DNA of 45,741 nucleotides, taken from a virus. Taxonomy: Duplodnaviria > Caudoviricetes. The translations under genes were made by a program, and so were the position numbers. Positions within the stretch are counted from its first letter, which is position 1; each line of letters begins with the position of its first letter. The DNA lies in the IMG/VR virus record IMGVR_UViG_3300049135_000061, positions 1 through 45,741 of that record; one strand, given 5' to 3'. Below the pieces are notes generated by a model. That model had not been told where the DNA came from. It did no database searches and saw only the letters and a program-made list of their open reading frames with translations. Below are positions 33,054-43,656 of this stretch, piece after piece.

Positions 33054-36000
33054 CAGTCCGCCTCCTCATCCAGAGCGTCGTCCAGCCGGTCGGCAAGATC
33101 GTCCACATCCACGCTCAGGTCCCGGTGCAAGTACCGGCTGTGGAGATCACCGAAGCGAGTGTCTTGCTCGGTAAGATCGTCCACGAACCTGACCCAATTG
33201 TCCCGTAGGTCCCAATTCTTCTTGGCCGTGAGACTCTTTGCCGCCATGCCCTTAAGACCGCGAGCCTTCAGTGCGGCGGAGCGCTCCCTGTAGCGGCGCT
33301 CAAGCTCCTTGACGACCACCTGTCGCCCGGCCAGGTAGAGCTGGAGCGAGCGGAGGTCGGACCGGTTGGGGTCCTTCGCCATGTCCGAGTGCGCCACCTC
33401 GGTGAGAGCCGGAATTAGCCTCTCGTACTTCTTCGGGTCGAAGGAGTAGAAGTCTTTGGCCCACTCCTCGTTGTAGTACTCGTTCTCAACGTCGCCCGGG
33501 AGTACGGGGGTGCTCATCAGCTCGGCGACGGCACTCCTCATCCTCTTGAACTGCTCCGCGCCGGGATCGTCAAAGTGCTGGAAACCGGCACTTTCCATCT
33601 TCGATTTGATGTAGTTCTGGAGCTGCGTGTACTTCGCCCACCCGAGGCGCCTCTGGTTCTCCAACATCGCCTCTTCGGCGGAGAGCTTCGTCCGCTGCAT
33701 CTCGCTACCACCCGGCACGAGCGGGTGCGTGAGCTGGTACGTGTACGCCTCGGGCGAGAAGGGGCCGTTGCCCTCCGGGCCGATGATGAGCGCGCCCAGT
33801 TCGGGGTTCTTCGCCAGCAGTTCCTCGTACTGCTTGGACAGCTCCACGGCCTGCTTCGTCGCCTCGGCACCCACCTTGTTCTTGCTGGTGGCCTGGGCAA
33901 AGATGAAGTACGACTCCCCGAAGCGGTCCAAGAACTCCTGGTCGGCCGTCATGGGGTCCTTGCGGCGCAGGTTGTTGTACTGGTCCCGATAGAAGGCGTA
34001 CTTGTCGCTCCTCTGCGTCGCCGCCGGCTGGACGAACGCCCACGCCGCGCTCTGTAGCCAGTACTGCTTGGTCATGTCCGCGATCTCGCGGGCGGACGGC
34101 ATGGGCTTGCCCAGGTTGGCGTGCTCGTAGGCAGCACGCTGCATGATCTGGAGCTTCGTGCGCTGGTAACGCTCGTCACTCGTGTCATACGCGGTCAGGA
34201 AGTTCTTGACCGTCTGCGGCATCGTGAGGTCAGCCGCACGCCCCAACGGGGTGTTGCCGAACAGGGGACTCCCGGCTGTCGGGCCGTGGGGCAGGACACC
34301 CAGATGGCGAGCCAGCTCGCCCATGCTCGGCTTGTCCTTGACGAACTCATTGGCGGGGATGGCGACGATCGGGCCCGTGCCCGGGTTGAACCAGGGATCG
34401 CCCTGGGTGATCATGTTCATGCTGTCCTGGCTGACGAGCCAGCGGCCCGAGCCGTCCATGTTGAACGCCTTGCCCACCGGGCCGTCCACGACGAACCGAG
34501 GCACGCGCGCCATGATCAGGCGCTTGCTCTTCGGCACGAAGGTCTTGTTGCCGGTGATGGGGTCGATCACCGTGCCGTCCCGCAGCACCTTGTTGCCGTC
34601 CTGGTCCTGCATCCAGCCCGCCGAAATCGGCGCGTTGAAGATGACACCCGCGTACCCGACCGTCTGCGGGCGGTCGGCGATGATCCGGGCCCACCTCTGC
34701 CACGCCTCGGTAGTGGCGGCGAAGAACGGCGAGATGAAGCGGAGCGCATGCGCAGCGTCTGACCTGTGCGCGATGTCGAACACGAGCTTCCGTGTGTCCT
34801 TCAGCGCCAGACGCCGGGCCGTCTCGGCGATACGGTCCGCGTCCTTCTGCGAGACCTTGGCGCCCTGCTTGATCTCCTGGGACGCCAGGATCTTGGCGTG
34901 CCCTTCGTAGAGCTGGTTGAACAACGGGTGACGGCTCATGCGGTCGGCCGGTATGGAGGCGGCCGTCTTGTACCACCAGTCCATCACGCGATCGAGCCCC
35001 TGCGAATGAGCGTTCATGCCCGCCAGGGCCTCACCAAGCTGAGTGGTGTGCACGTTCATCGGGTGATGCCCGAGCTTGGCCGCCTCGGACAGAAACGCCT
35101 CATCGGCCTTGCCCTCCAACGCCGCCATACGGATCTCCGGCGTGGGTAGATACTCCTCCACCTCATGCCACACGGAGGCGGCGATACGGTCCGGCGGAGA
35201 GTGCTTGATGCCAAGGCGCTTGTGGTAGGCCCGTCCCTGCGGTGTACGGGTGAGCCAGTGCGTCATCTCCTCGATGCTCTTGCCCTGCACCGCCAGGCGG
35301 GCGAAGTCGTCCTGCATGATCTGGAGGTTGATCGCCTGGTCCCAGGAGCTGACGAACTTCTTCGGGTCCTGGGGGTAGGAGATCGCCACGCCCTGCTTGC
35401 CGTAAGCGCGCTGCAAGTTCGAGTGGACGATCTGCTTGTTGCGAGACAGGATCGTACGCAGCGAGTCGTCACTGCTGATCATCTTCTGGTAGTACTCGCC
35501 ACGGTTCCCGGCGAAAGCAGCGGGCACCACTACGCCCGGTGCCACCTCGGTTTCCTTGTAGGTCTGCGAGGACTGCCGATGACCTCGGGTGGCCGCAGTC
35601 TTCAGGCCCTCGATCTCCGCCAGCGCGGCGGCGCGCTGGCCGGCGAGGTCGGCCAGATGCTCGTCCATCTCGCCCAGGCGGGCCTTGGGGCCCTCCAGGC
35701 GCTTACGCAGGCGTTCTTCTGCTCGGGCCACTTCGCCCGCGTGCTTCTCCACCAGCATCTGGTGGGCGCGGAGCTGCGTGGGTGTGGCGTCGTCGCCCAG
35801 AGCATTGAGCTTGTTCGTCGCACGGCGGTGCCTATCCCGAGCGCGACGCAACGCGTCGGTGTGGATCAGCTCGCGCGTCTCGACCTTCACGCGCGCAAGG
35901 TCCACCTTCGGCTGGAGGATCTTCAGCTCGTCATCGACGTACTTCAGGCCCTCCTTGGCGGCGGCCTGTTGCGCCTCGTAGTAGGAGGCAGGCTTCCAGC

Positions 36001-38002
36001 GTGCCAGGTTGGTGGCGAGGTTCTTGACGCCGTACCCGGCGCGCATGGCCATGGTCGCCGCTCCGAGGCGGGCGACCTGGCCGGCGAGGTCATCGCCCAG
36101 CACGCGAGGGATGTACCCCAAGCGGAAAAGGGTGCCGAACTTCCACAGGTGGTTGAGGTAGTCGGCGCTGTTGACGATCCAGTCCGAATTGCCGATGCTC
36201 GCCGTGCGCAACGCCTTCAGGGCGCTGCCGTGGCGAGCAAGCGTGGTGTCCAGCGCCTTCAGGTCCACCATGACGTGGTCGTTGACCAGCCGCGTCACCA
36301 AGTTGGGGTGCACGGACAGATTGCCGCCGTGGTCCAGAAACTCATCCAGGTGCACCTTCTCCCCCGGGAAGGCTCCGGCGGAGTACCGGCGGAGGCGGTC
36401 CTGGCCGCCCATGATCTTGCCCTGATACTCGCGGTACAACTCCATGGCTTCGTCCCGCGTGAAGCCGTGCTTCTCAGCCACCTTGTTGACGCCCATGCCC
36501 TGGATCTTCTCCAGGTGAGCCAGGCGCTCGCCCTCAGTGGTGGTCTTGAGGTAGTCGTTCAGCATGCTCTGGCGGACGTCCGACCCGATACCGGGAATGC
36601 GGGCGATTTGCGCCCGCAGCTCGTCCACTGCCTCCTGGTGGATGTCGTCCACCGCGATCAACCCGTTGGGGTGCGCCTCCTTGAAGGAGCGCACCACCAC
36701 CAAGTTCGGGCCGAAGAAGTCCTTGCTGTAGATGCGCGCCTTGCCCAGGCGGGAGCGCGGGGAGCCGGCCGTCCCGAGTGCCGGACCGGTGCGGTGCATC
36801 GCCTGCGCGTCCGTACGCCGCTGCGCGCGGTCGAATGAGAACCGCGTCAGATTGACCGCGTCAAGCTCCTGGTAGTGCGCCAGCATGCCCTCGTACCGGG
36901 CCACCAGCTCCTCGTTCGCGTTGACCTGGGCAGTGACTTCGTCAATGCGACCCTGGACCATCGCGGCATACCGCTCCTGGCCCTTACGCTCGAAGCGCCC
37001 CAGGTTCAGCTCCAGGTTCGAAAGGCGCGAGGTGTCCTGCTGAAGACGCTGGGCGGCGAGCGCGTTGCGCTGCTCCAGGAGCACGCGAGCCTCCACGTCC
37101 CCGAGCCCGACACGGAGGAAGAGATCCACTTCCTCGCGGCTCTTGAGCGTGGAGACGATGCCGCCGGCCCGGGGGCCCAGGGCCGACTTGCGGAACATGC
37201 TGAGGTTGTTGATCAGGGCCGGGTTGTCCTTGTTGGCCCAGAGGAAGTCCTGGGCCTTGCCCATGGTCGAGTCCGCCATGATGGACTCGATGTCGTCCTT
37301 GCCCCAGCCGCCCTTGGGGCGCTCCTTGACGATGAACTTGTTGCGGGCGGCGCCCACGCCCTTGCCGCCGAGTACGAACGGGTCGAGGTACCACCGGAAG
37401 GCGAAGTCTCCGGCGCCGCTGGCGAAGGTGAACCAGGCGTGATCCTGCCGCATCTGCTCCACGGCGCGGTTGCCGACGGCCGGCATGCCTTTGGACTTCA
37501 GCCACTCCTGCTGTTCGTCCGGGGCCATGCCCTTCCACTCGGGCGGAAGGTAGGAGGCAGCGGGCTGGGCGTACACCAGCTCGTTCTCCAGGATCTGGTC
37601 CGCCTCCTTGCCCGTGGCAAACATCGCCTGCCCCGGCGAGACATGCTCGGCGGTACGCCACGCCTGGGCCCAGGTGCTGCCCTTGAATACGTCGCTCCAC
37701 GCCTCGCCCGCGTCGTCGTCGTTGCGCGGTGACACCAGGAAGAACGTGCTGATCGGCTGACTGATGGCGTTGTCATAGATCCAGTTCATGCCGTGCATGA
37801 CCTGCTCAAGCGAGTTGGTCACCGGCTTCATGGCCGGAGCCAGCAGGCCGTCCTTGCTGGCGTCGTGAACCGGCTTCCAGTTGCCGTCCTTGTCCTTCTC
37901 GTGCCTGATGTCCTCGTAGAACGGGTTGATCACCCGCTCCACCGAGCGCATGGCGTTGCCTGCGGAGAAGACCGCATCCTCCAGCCAGTCGCCGATGCCC
38001 AC
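33053..38002 (-). CDS. Very large (1649 aa) putative internal/ejection protein
   Basis: Long helical ORF in a podovirus-like structural operon; function inferred from position. Confidence 0.65.
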   Translation of the reverse strand: MGIGDWLEDAVFSAGNAMRSVERVINPFYEDIRHEKDKDGNWKPVHDASKDGLLAPAMKPVTNSLEQVMHGMNWIYDNAISQPISTFFLVSPRNDDDAGEAWSDVFKGSTWAQAWRTAEHVSPGQAMFATGKEADQILENELVYAQPAASYLPPEWKGMAPDEQQEWLKSKGMPAVGNRAVEQMRQDHAWFTFASGAGDFAFRWYLDPFVLGGKGVGAARNKFIVKERPKGGWGKDDIESIMADSTMGKAQDFLWANKDNPALINNLSMFRKSALGPRAGGIVSTLKSREEVDLFLRVGLGDVEARVLLEQRNALAAQRLQQDTSRLSNLELNLGRFERKGQERYAAMVQGRIDEVTAQVNANEELVARYEGMLAHYQELDAVNLTRFSFDRAQRRTDAQAMHRTGPALGTAGSPRSRLGKARIYSKDFFGPNLVVVRSFKEAHPNGLIAVDDIHQEAVDELRAQIARIPGIGSDVRQSMLNDYLKTTTEGERLAHLEKIQGMGVNKVAEKHGFTRDEAMELYREYQGKIMGGQDRLRRYSAGAFPGEKVHLDEFLDHGGNLSVHPNLVTRLVNDHVMVDLKALDTTLARHGSALKALRTASIGNSDWIVNSADYLNHLWKFGTLFRLGYIPRVLGDDLAGQVARLGAATMAMRAGYGVKNLATNLARWKPASYYEAQQAAAKEGLKYVDDELKILQPKVDLARVKVETRELIHTDALRRARDRHRRATNKLNALGDDATPTQLRAHQMLVEKHAGEVARAEERLRKRLEGPKARLGEMDEHLADLAGQRAAALAEIEGLKTAATRGHRQSSQTYKETEVAPGVVVPAAFAGNRGEYYQKMISSDDSLRTILSRNKQIVHSNLQRAYGKQGVAISYPQDPKKFVSSWDQAINLQIMQDDFARLAVQGKSIEEMTHWLTRTPQGRAYHKRLGIKHSPPDRIAASVWHEVEEYLPTPEIRMAALEGKADEAFLSEAAKLGHHPMNVHTTQLGEALAGMNAHSQGLDRVMDWWYKTAASIPADRMSRHPLFNQLYEGHAKILASQEIKQGAKVSQKDADRIAETARRLALKDTRKLVFDIAHRSDAAHALRFISPFFAATTEAWQRWARIIADRPQTVGYAGVIFNAPISAGWMQDQDGNKVLRDGTVIDPITGNKTFVPKSKRLIMARVPRFVVDGPVGKAFNMDGSGRWLVSQDSMNMITQGDPWFNPGTGPIVAIPANEFVKDKPSMGELARHLGVLPHGPTAGSPLFGNTPLGRAADLTMPQTVKNFLTAYDTSDERYQRTKLQIMQRAAYEHANLGKPMPSAREIADMTKQYWLQSAAWAFVQPAATQRSDKYAFYRDQYNNLRRKDPMTADQEFLDRFGESYFIFAQATSKNKVGAEATKQAVELSKQYEELLAKNPELGALIIGPEGNGPFSPEAYTYQLTHPLVPGGSEMQRTKLSAEEAMLENQRRLGWAKYTQLQNYIKSKMESAGFQHFDDPGAEQFKRMRSAVAELMSTPVLPGDVENEYYNEEWAKDFYSFDPKKYERLIPALTEVAHSDMAKDPNRSDLRSLQLYLAGRQVVVKELERRYRERSAALKARGLKGMAAKSLTAKKNWDLRDNWVRFVDDLTEQDTRFGDLHSRYLHRDLSVDVDDLADRLDDALDEEAD

Positions 38003-38190
38003 TAGACCCCCAGTCCGGCAGTCGGCTCCGGCGGGTAGACGTCGATGGACGTCGGCATGGCCTGGAGCGCGTACGCGAGGCCGTACCCGGTCAGATCCGG
38101 GTCGGCACCGTTCAGGGCGAAGTCGAAGGCGAGGCCGGGAGCGTCAGGGAAGAAGCGGGCCATGTTGCCCAGCGCGTTAAACCAGTCCAT
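38002..38190 (-). CDS. Hypothetical protein
   Basis: Stop/start coupled on both sides. Confidence 0.6.
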   Translation of the reverse strand: MDWFNALGNMARFFPDAPGLAFDFALNGADPDLTGYGLAYALQAMPTSIDVYPPEPTAGLGV

Positions 38191-38639
38191 CAGGCCATGC
38201 CTTTCAACTGACGCACAAGATTGCGGGCAGCCTTCGAGGCGCCCGGCTGATTGGCCATGTGCTCCAGCACCGGCAGGTACTGGAGCAGGCGCTTCGCATC
38301 CTCGGCAGGCTGGTTGGGCAGGCCCAGGGCCTCCAGGCCGGGCCCCTCGCCAAGGGCTGCGCCGGCCGTGACCGGCTCCTCCGGCATCTGCGTGGGAGCG
38401 TCCAGTCCGATGAGACCTTCGGTCAGGTCGGCGGGCATCCCGGCGCCAGCTTCCCCGCCCGGCGACGCCGAGAGGGGTGCTGACTGCTGGAGCTGTTCCA
38501 GCTCCTGACGCTCGCCGTACGCGCCACCCGAAGGCGCGCGTACGGGCTGGCCCGGACCTCCGTCCGTGCGCTTACTCAGCGCCCCCGGCCCGGAGACCGG
38601 GGCGGGGGAACTCGGCTGACGGTATCCACCGCTGGCCAT
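38190..38639 (-). CDS. Hypothetical virion-region protein (GGYRQPS.PAPVSGPGALS.RTDGGP)
   Basis: AGGAGGAG RBS. Confidence 0.75.
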   Translation of the reverse strand: MASGGYRQPSSPAPVSGPGALSKRTDGGPGQPVRAPSGGAYGERQELEQLQQSAPLSASPGGEAGAGMPADLTEGLIGLDAPTQMPEEPVTAGAALGEGPGLEALGLPNQPAEDAKRLLQYLPVLEHMANQPGASKAARNLVRQLKGMA

Positions 38640-38687
38640 GGGCTCCTCCTGAGAACCGTTTTCACTCTGCTGTCACCGGCAAAGTGA

Positions 38688-38915
38688 TCAGTGGGCCTTG
38701 TTCTTGTCGTTGGAGCCGGTGGTCCCGGCGGATGGCGCCAGGGACGTGTTCGCCCATCCGGCGATGTCCGGCGTGGTGGTGTTGCCCCCGGTCTCGCCGG
38801 AGTTCTCACCGCTCATGGGCTGCTGGGTGTGGATCTCGCCCAGGGTGCCCTGGAGGTGCAGCATGGGCTTGGACGAGCCCTCGTGGAACGGGTCGCCGGT
38901 CAGTCCCTCGCTCAT
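38688..38915 (-). CDS. Hypothetical protein (MSEGLTGDPF...)
   Basis: GGGAG RBS; ATGA overlap. Confidence 0.6.
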   Translation of the reverse strand: MSEGLTGDPFHEGSSKPMLHLQGTLGEIHTQQPMSGENSGETGGNTTTPDIAGWANTSLAPSAGTTGSNDKNKAH

Positions 38916-39172
38916 TTCTTGCTCCCTGTCTTGTGCTCGTCGCAGTACTTCGCGGGCCGGGGCCCCTTGCTGACTGCGCGGGGTTCCTTGCAGTCGTCCT
39001 TGGCGCACTCCTGAAGGACGTACTCCGGGTCGATCTCCTCGCCCCGAGCGGTCTTCCGTGCATCGGCCTCGATGACCTTGGCAAGCAGCGCCTTCGTGGT
39101 CTCAGGGCACCCGAGCCAGTGAGTCTCGGTGCCGTTCTCGGGCTCACGCCCGCAGCTCTTGCAGGCGGTCAC
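38912..39172 (-). CDS. Zn-binding hypothetical protein
   Basis: CKSC...H..GC; C....C...YCDEH. Confidence 0.7.
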   Translation of the reverse strand: MTACKSCGREPENGTETHWLGCPETTKALLAKVIEADARKTARGEEIDPEYVLQECAKDDCKEPRAVSKGPRPAKYCDEHKTGSKK

Positions 39173-40977
39173 GCCGGCACGCTCCTCTTGACACTGGTGG
39201 ACATGGTGGGACGGCCGCCGGCTGTGAGCCCGGCGAGCATCGACATGAGGTCGGGTTTGCCGCCAGGCCCCATCTCGGCCTGGCCCGGGGCGATACCGCC
39301 TGGGGCGCCAGTCGTGGGATTCATCCCGAAGGGCACCCCGGCGCCGCCCTCTTCGGCGCCGGGGGCCCCGGGCGGAGCCGCTGCGGACGTGGGCGCGGGC
39401 TCCGGCTGGAACGCCTTCAGTACGGCCTCGTGCATCGGGATGCCCTTCTCACGCATCTCGATGATGGAAGCCGCCTGAGCGAGCACCATAGTTGGGTCCA
39501 TGCCCTGCTGGGCCATGATCCCGGCGGAGGACAGCATGGCGAAAATGCCCTGCTTGAGAGCGTCGGTCACCTGCTCCTTGTCAACTTCCGCCTGCATCTG
39601 CGTGACGTCGATCTCCTGGGGGAGCTGGCGCTGGACGAAGTCCCGCGAGACGAGCTGGTCTCCACGGAGCTGGAGAAGGAAGACCAGTGCCTGATTCGGA
39701 TTCATCCCCGAGGCGAAGCCGTACGACACCGAGACGGAGTAGTTCCCCTTGATGTCCTTCGCGGGGGTGTACGTCTCCTCGAACGGCGTGCCCTGGATAG
39801 TGCCGGAGATCGTCTTCTTGGTGTCCGGCCAGAACTTCTCGTCCATCTCGAAGGCCAGCTCCAGCGCGCGCTCCAGGGCGTCACCGATCATGAGCTGGCC
39901 TGTGGCGATCTGGATGTCATAGCCGCCGTTCAGGGCGTCCACGCCCCGGCCGGTGATGATGCTGGCGTCCACGTCGCCCGTGGCGGAGGCCGGGGTGCGC
40001 GTGCCGCGCATGACCTCCTGAGCCAGCATGGCCTCCTGCTGCCAGGCCACCTGGGGAATGTCGGTACCCACGCGCCGGATCTTCTCCGGCGAGTTGGTGC
40101 GGATGACCGCGTCATCACCCATCGAGATCTTCTGCACGTCCGTCGGGATCGCCAGCGGCGCCCGCACGGTCTGCTGCGTGGCCTGGAGCCCGAGCATCGC
40201 CATGCGGTTGCGGGCGAGCATCGGCCAGATGATGTCATCGAACTGACCCCGCTGCTGGTCATCCCAGCGCGGCTTTTCGGCGATGGCGATGGGCACCTTG
40301 CCGAAGCGGTTCTCCGTGACCATCAGGACCAGGTTGGAGCGCTCCGGCATGTAGAGGACGTAGGAGCTGGCGTCGCAGAACTTCACCAGCTCCAGCTCGG
40401 TGTCCCCAGACACCTGCCGCCCGTAGGGCTGATCGCCGCCCACTATCACGGACGCATACTCCGGGAACTTGGCGGCGAGCTGCCTGGCCTTCTCACGCCA
40501 GACCTTGGTGTACGAGCGGACGTTGCCCGCCAGGTCGTACTCCACGTACGACTTCATCGGGTTGTCGAGCCGGATGCGGGGCTTGCCAGCCTCGAAGTCC
40601 GGCTCCACCACGAACGGCAGCGCGCCGTACGTCAGGTACCAGTCGCATCCGGTCGGCATGTGCCGGCGGAGCCGGGAGTCACTGACGTACGAGTACGCGA
40701 TCTTCGTCTTCTTGGCGACGAAGCGCTCCGAGGTCATCACGCCCGTGGCGCAGTTGATGGACGGCAGCGGCGCCAGGTTTTCGGCGAGCTGCCGCGCGGC
40801 GGTGTCCAGCGCGTTGGCCACGATGGGCCGGGGCCACGCGTCCGGCAGCGAGCCGGGCGCGATGTTGTTCATCTTCTGCGCACGCGCGTCGTACACCGTC
40901 TGGTGACGCGCGTCCCGCTCCTGGGCGTCACGGCGCAGCGCCTCAACGCGGCGCGCTATCTGCTGGATATCGGCCAT
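39169..40977 (-). CDS. Portal protein
   Basis: About 600 aa after terminase/lysin; helical, Pro/Gly-rich C-terminal tail typical of podovirus portals. Confidence 0.8.
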   Translation of the reverse strand: MADIQQIARRVEALRRDAQERDARHQTVYDARAQKMNNIAPGSLPDAWPRPIVANALDTAARQLAENLAPLPSINCATGVMTSERFVAKKTKIAYSYVSDSRLRRHMPTGCDWYLTYGALPFVVEPDFEAGKPRIRLDNPMKSYVEYDLAGNVRSYTKVWREKARQLAAKFPEYASVIVGGDQPYGRQVSGDTELELVKFCDASSYVLYMPERSNLVLMVTENRFGKVPIAIAEKPRWDDQQRGQFDDIIWPMLARNRMAMLGLQATQQTVRAPLAIPTDVQKISMGDDAVIRTNSPEKIRRVGTDIPQVAWQQEAMLAQEVMRGTRTPASATGDVDASIITGRGVDALNGGYDIQIATGQLMIGDALERALELAFEMDEKFWPDTKKTISGTIQGTPFEETYTPAKDIKGNYSVSVSYGFASGMNPNQALVFLLQLRGDQLVSRDFVQRQLPQEIDVTQMQAEVDKEQVTDALKQGIFAMLSSAGIMAQQGMDPTMVLAQAASIIEMREKGIPMHEAVLKAFQPEPAPTSAAAPPGAPGAEEGGAGVPFGMNPTTGAPGGIAPGQAEMGPGGKPDLMSMLAGLTAGGRPTMSTSVKRSVPA

Positions 40978-40989
40978 GACCACCTCCCG

Positions 40990-41006
40990 GGCGCGGAATG
41001 TACATC
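40990..41006 (-). promoter_or_regulatory. Candidate late promoter motif ATGTACATTCCGCGCC
   Basis: In the short gap just upstream of the portal RBS. Confidence 0.5.
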
Positions 41007-41013
41007 CTGTACG

Positions 41014-41706
41014 TCAGTTCTGCGCTTCCAGCGCGGTTACCCGCTTCTCCAGCGCGGCCAGGCGCTGCTCCACGGTCGGCGCCGGAGCGGGCGCCGGAGG
41101 CTTAGCGGGCTGAAGCTGGAGCGCGACCACGCGGCGGATCTCCGTCATGGAGAAGGTCGGGTCGATCTTCCCGGGCTGCCACTCCTTATGGCCGATGACC
41201 GACCGCTCTGACCAGCCGTGCGCACGGCACAGGGCCGCCGCTGCGCGACGGATGGCGACAAGTTGCGCCGTGGGCCAGGGGTCCTTGCCGTCGCCCAGGT
41301 TCTCGCACTCGAAGCCGTAGAAGTGCCGGTTGCCGTCGGTGTTGGCCTCGTTGTCGGCCGGTGGTGCGGTTTCGTTCCTGACCGCCACCAGGACGTCGTC
41401 ATCTCCGGAGCCGGCGTGGTTCGTGCGGCCGTAGCCCACGACGTAGACCGTGCCGTCTTTGGCGATGACGCCGTGGCACAGCGGGCCCGGGAGGGAAGAG
41501 AAGCCCTTGCGGCAGATCTCCACCGTGTTGGCGGTGCCCTTGGTCACGGTGTGGTGGATCATCACGCCGTGCACCGGCCCCCACGAGCCTACGTGGTTGC
41601 GGTTGTGCAGAGCTGGGGACCTGCCGTCCGTCTTGACCTCAATCACCGTACAACCCTCGGCTTTCAGGGCCGCGATGAACTGTGCGTATGACAGCGGAGT
41701 TGCCAC
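41014..41706 (-). CDS. Endolysin, N-acetylmuramoyl-L-alanine amidase (Amidase_2)
   Basis: GVMIHHT, LPGPLCH, NHAG, GFECEN, VIGHKEW..GK.DP. Confidence 0.9.
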   Translation of the reverse strand: MATPLSYAQFIAALKAEGCTVIEVKTDGRSPALHNRNHVGSWGPVHGVMIHHTVTKGTANTVEICRKGFSSLPGPLCHGVIAKDGTVYVVGYGRTNHAGSGDDDVLVAVRNETAPPADNEANTDGNRHFYGFECENLGDGKDPWPTAQLVAIRRAAAALCRAHGWSERSVIGHKEWQPGKIDPTFSMTEIRRVVALQLQPAKPPAPAPAPTVEQRLAALEKRVTALEAQN

Positions 41707-41715
41707 GTCTTGCTC

Positions 41716-43656
41716 CTACCAATTCGTGGAGCCGTCCCAGGCTCCCGCCCCACCTGCTTGCAGGGCGAAGTCGATGTCCACGACCATCTGGCCCGCCTGG
41801 TCGCGCTCGGAGGTGAACTCCGAGTTGTTCGTGTGCCAGCCGCCGAAGTCGCTCACCATCAGCTCCCGGCAGCGGATCTCGGCGAACCACAGGGCCATGA
41901 CGATGTCCGTCAGGCTTTTCGTCTCGGGGAACCACGAGCAGAACTGCTCGATGAGCTGCCGCACAGCCTCCGACTGCGTCGGCGACGGCAAGCGAATCAG
42001 GTTGCGCTTCTCGCGCCAGCCGTCAAACAGCATGGCCATGCTCGCCACGCCAAAGTCGGGATCCCACTTGTTCGTGTTCGTGTGGTGCGGGCTGATCAGG
42101 CAGCCCCGCGCGTTCAGGTAGCTCTTGATGTCCTGGTCCTGCGGGATGCTGGCCTGATACGCGTTTTTCTCGATCCGCCACTCAGTGATGCCGTACCGCT
42201 CGGTGAGGCGCTTGATCTCCGAGCGCATCTTGTGCGGTGGCATGCCGCGCTCGTTGACCACGTCCAGCACCCAGCGCTGGCCGGTACGGCGATCCAGGCC
42301 CAGCACCACCATGGCAGTGCAGCCGGCGGCGGCCGGGTCGAGCCCGGCGATGACCAGCAGGCCGTCCATGCCGAACTTGCGGTGATCGGACTGGCCGTCC
42401 ATCAGGCGGCCCGGGTAGCGGGCCCGGTCGATGCAGCCCTGCACGTCCTCCTGCTTGAAGATGGCGTCGTCCGCCACCTGGTCTTGCATGTAGACCATGG
42501 ACCAGTTGCGCGGCGCCATCCTGCTGCGCTTGCGCGCCAGAGCCTTGCCCGGCCAGGCGGGCCACATGCCCTCCCGGGGCCAGCCCTCCGCCATTGCCTG
42601 GTTCCTCGCGGCCTTCGAGACCGGCGGCCGGTTCGTCTCCGGCCAAAGCGTGACCCAGTCCTTCGGGTCGTCGGCGAACTGCAAGACGGCCGGCTGGGTG
42701 AGGTACGTCCACGGCGAGGCGCCGTCGGAGTAGTACTGCGGCTTCAGGATCTCGGAGTACAGGTCCACCGTCGCCATGCGGGTGCCGACCAGCAGCATGC
42801 GCCCGCCCATGTCGGCGACGCGGGAGCCGACGATGTTCTGTATCCAGTCGATCTGCGCTTCGAACTGCTGGTGGTTGGTGTTGTCCACGCAGTCATCCAT
42901 GATGACCAGGTCCGTACGCGTGCCGTAGATCTGGCCGCCCAGGCCGACGGCCTCCACGGTGTAGTCCTTCTCGCCCGAATCCACGCCGGCCACGCGTATC
43001 TGCGTGGACGTCCAGGTGGACGCCCCCTCGCTCCAGCCGCCCGGCGGGCCGAAGTCCCGCTGCAAGTCGGCGTACGCCTTGGACTCGGCAAGCCGCTGCT
43101 TGATCGAGAACAAGAACTTGGCGGCGAGTGACTGCGTCTTGGAGATGAGCAGGATGCGGATCGAAGGGTCCTGGACGATCCTCCAAGTCACGTAGTTCAC
43201 CGTGATGGTGGTGCTCTTCGCGTGCTCCGGCGGAGTGTTGATCAGGATGGTGTCCGGGTCGCCCTTGACGTACCGCTGCGCCGGGTGCAGATCGCGCGGG
43301 TCACGGCCCTCCAGGAGGTCGTACCACTGGAGGTGGTGCGCGAAAAGCTTGGTGTCCAGGTACTGCTCGCAGAACTCCGGGAAGTCGGGGACTTCCTTGC
43401 GGGCGGCCTCGGCGCCCTCCACCTTGGCCAGGAGCGCACGGTCCATCATGTCCCGGTAATCCGGGTCGCTCTTGCGGTAGTACTCGTGCGTCTTGCGGCT
43501 CACGCCGGCCTGGCGGCAGCCCTCCTCAATGGTCTGCCCCATCCGCACGGCGGCGATGATGGTCTGCTTCTTCTCGGCGGAGGAGAGCGTGCTGCGGCGC
43601 CGATCACGGGGCCTGAGGCCCGGGAGCTGGTCAGGGTCGGCGACGATGCGCGCCAT
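41716..43656 (-). CDS. terL: Terminase large subunit with N-terminal HTH
   Basis: Walker A PPEHAKST, G.GGQIYGTRTDLVIMDD, GTR, nuclease GLDPA, D.VMALW. Confidence 0.9.
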   Translation of the reverse strand: MARIVADPDQLPGLRPRDRRRSTLSSAEKKQTIIAAVRMGQTIEEGCRQAGVSRKTHEYYRKSDPDYRDMMDRALLAKVEGAEAARKEVPDFPEFCEQYLDTKLFAHHLQWYDLLEGRDPRDLHPAQRYVKGDPDTILINTPPEHAKSTTITVNYVTWRIVQDPSIRILLISKTQSLAAKFLFSIKQRLAESKAYADLQRDFGPPGGWSEGASTWTSTQIRVAGVDSGEKDYTVEAVGLGGQIYGTRTDLVIMDDCVDNTNHQQFEAQIDWIQNIVGSRVADMGGRMLLVGTRMATVDLYSEILKPQYYSDGASPWTYLTQPAVLQFADDPKDWVTLWPETNRPPVSKAARNQAMAEGWPREGMWPAWPGKALARKRSRMAPRNWSMVYMQDQVADDAIFKQEDVQGCIDRARYPGRLMDGQSDHRKFGMDGLLVIAGLDPAAAGCTAMVVLGLDRRTGQRWVLDVVNERGMPPHKMRSEIKRLTERYGITEWRIEKNAYQASIPQDQDIKSYLNARGCLISPHHTNTNKWDPDFGVASMAMLFDGWREKRNLIRLPSPTQSEAVRQLIEQFCSWFPETKSLTDIVMALWFAEIRCRELMVSDFGGWHTNNSEFTSERDQAGQMVVDIDFALQAGGAGAWDGSTNW

